Source: Stegostoma tigrinum (Eukaryota). From it: 64,000 nucleotides of DNA. The number at the start of each line of letters is the position of its first letter. Within the stretch, counting starts at the first letter, position 1. Shown in pieces: positions 63,761 to 64,000 of this stretch. The translations under genes and the position numbers were made by a program. The stretch covers positions 17,608,001 to 17,672,000 of the forward strand of contig NC_081377.1 in NCBI RefSeq assembly GCF_030684315.1, read 5' to 3'. The notes under the pieces were generated by a model. The model was given only the letters and a program-made list of their open reading frames with translations, was not told the origin of the DNA and ran no database searches.

Positions 63761-64000
63761 GCCAGTTGGTTTGGAGATTGCACCTTGAATTAGTGAAGGA
63801 CGGATCTAAAGATTCCTAAATGTGCCTTTAAATGAATGAACCAGTGTAATTTCCAGTAATTTATTGATGATGTGATCACTGAAAAATGAGGACTGACTTT
63901 TACATGAGTATACCAAAAATGATACTTCCTCAGGCCAAACATCATAGGTCAAACATTCGCAATAATATTTGTGGTAAATGTGCTGTACCAGTGCCAACAT

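Overview
Vertebrate, non-prokaryotic DNA. The repeat content (HE1-type tRNA SINEs, HER1/CR1 LINEs, Deu-domain SINEs) points to a shark or other elasmobranch; this assignment is inference. The whole window appears to lie inside one + strand neuronal gene of the DLGAP/SAPAP family, best matching DLGAP3. Three coding exons (32192-32412, 46874-47045, 59702-59939) have canonical AG/GT ends and compatible phases; the rest is intron. The introns hold many CR1 and L2 fragments, SINEs, an ancient but structurally complete Ty3/Gypsy provirus (18168-22499, two LTRs, 5-bp TSD), a pogo-family transposase fossil, a TCAGGG/CACTGTG minisatellite and a 145-nt assembly gap. The most striking system is about 20 Penelope-like element (PLE) insertions from several families. 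Their termini carry minimal hammerhead ribozyme cores, and they repeatedly show an inverted architecture (tailed arm + inverted tail-less arm) between 7-15 bp target-site duplications. Examples include a 4.2-kb inverted insertion and one insertion containing an inverted copy of its own target DNA. Most ORFs in the track are spurious or TE-derived. All identities were judged by eye against remembered family motifs; no alignments or searches were run.
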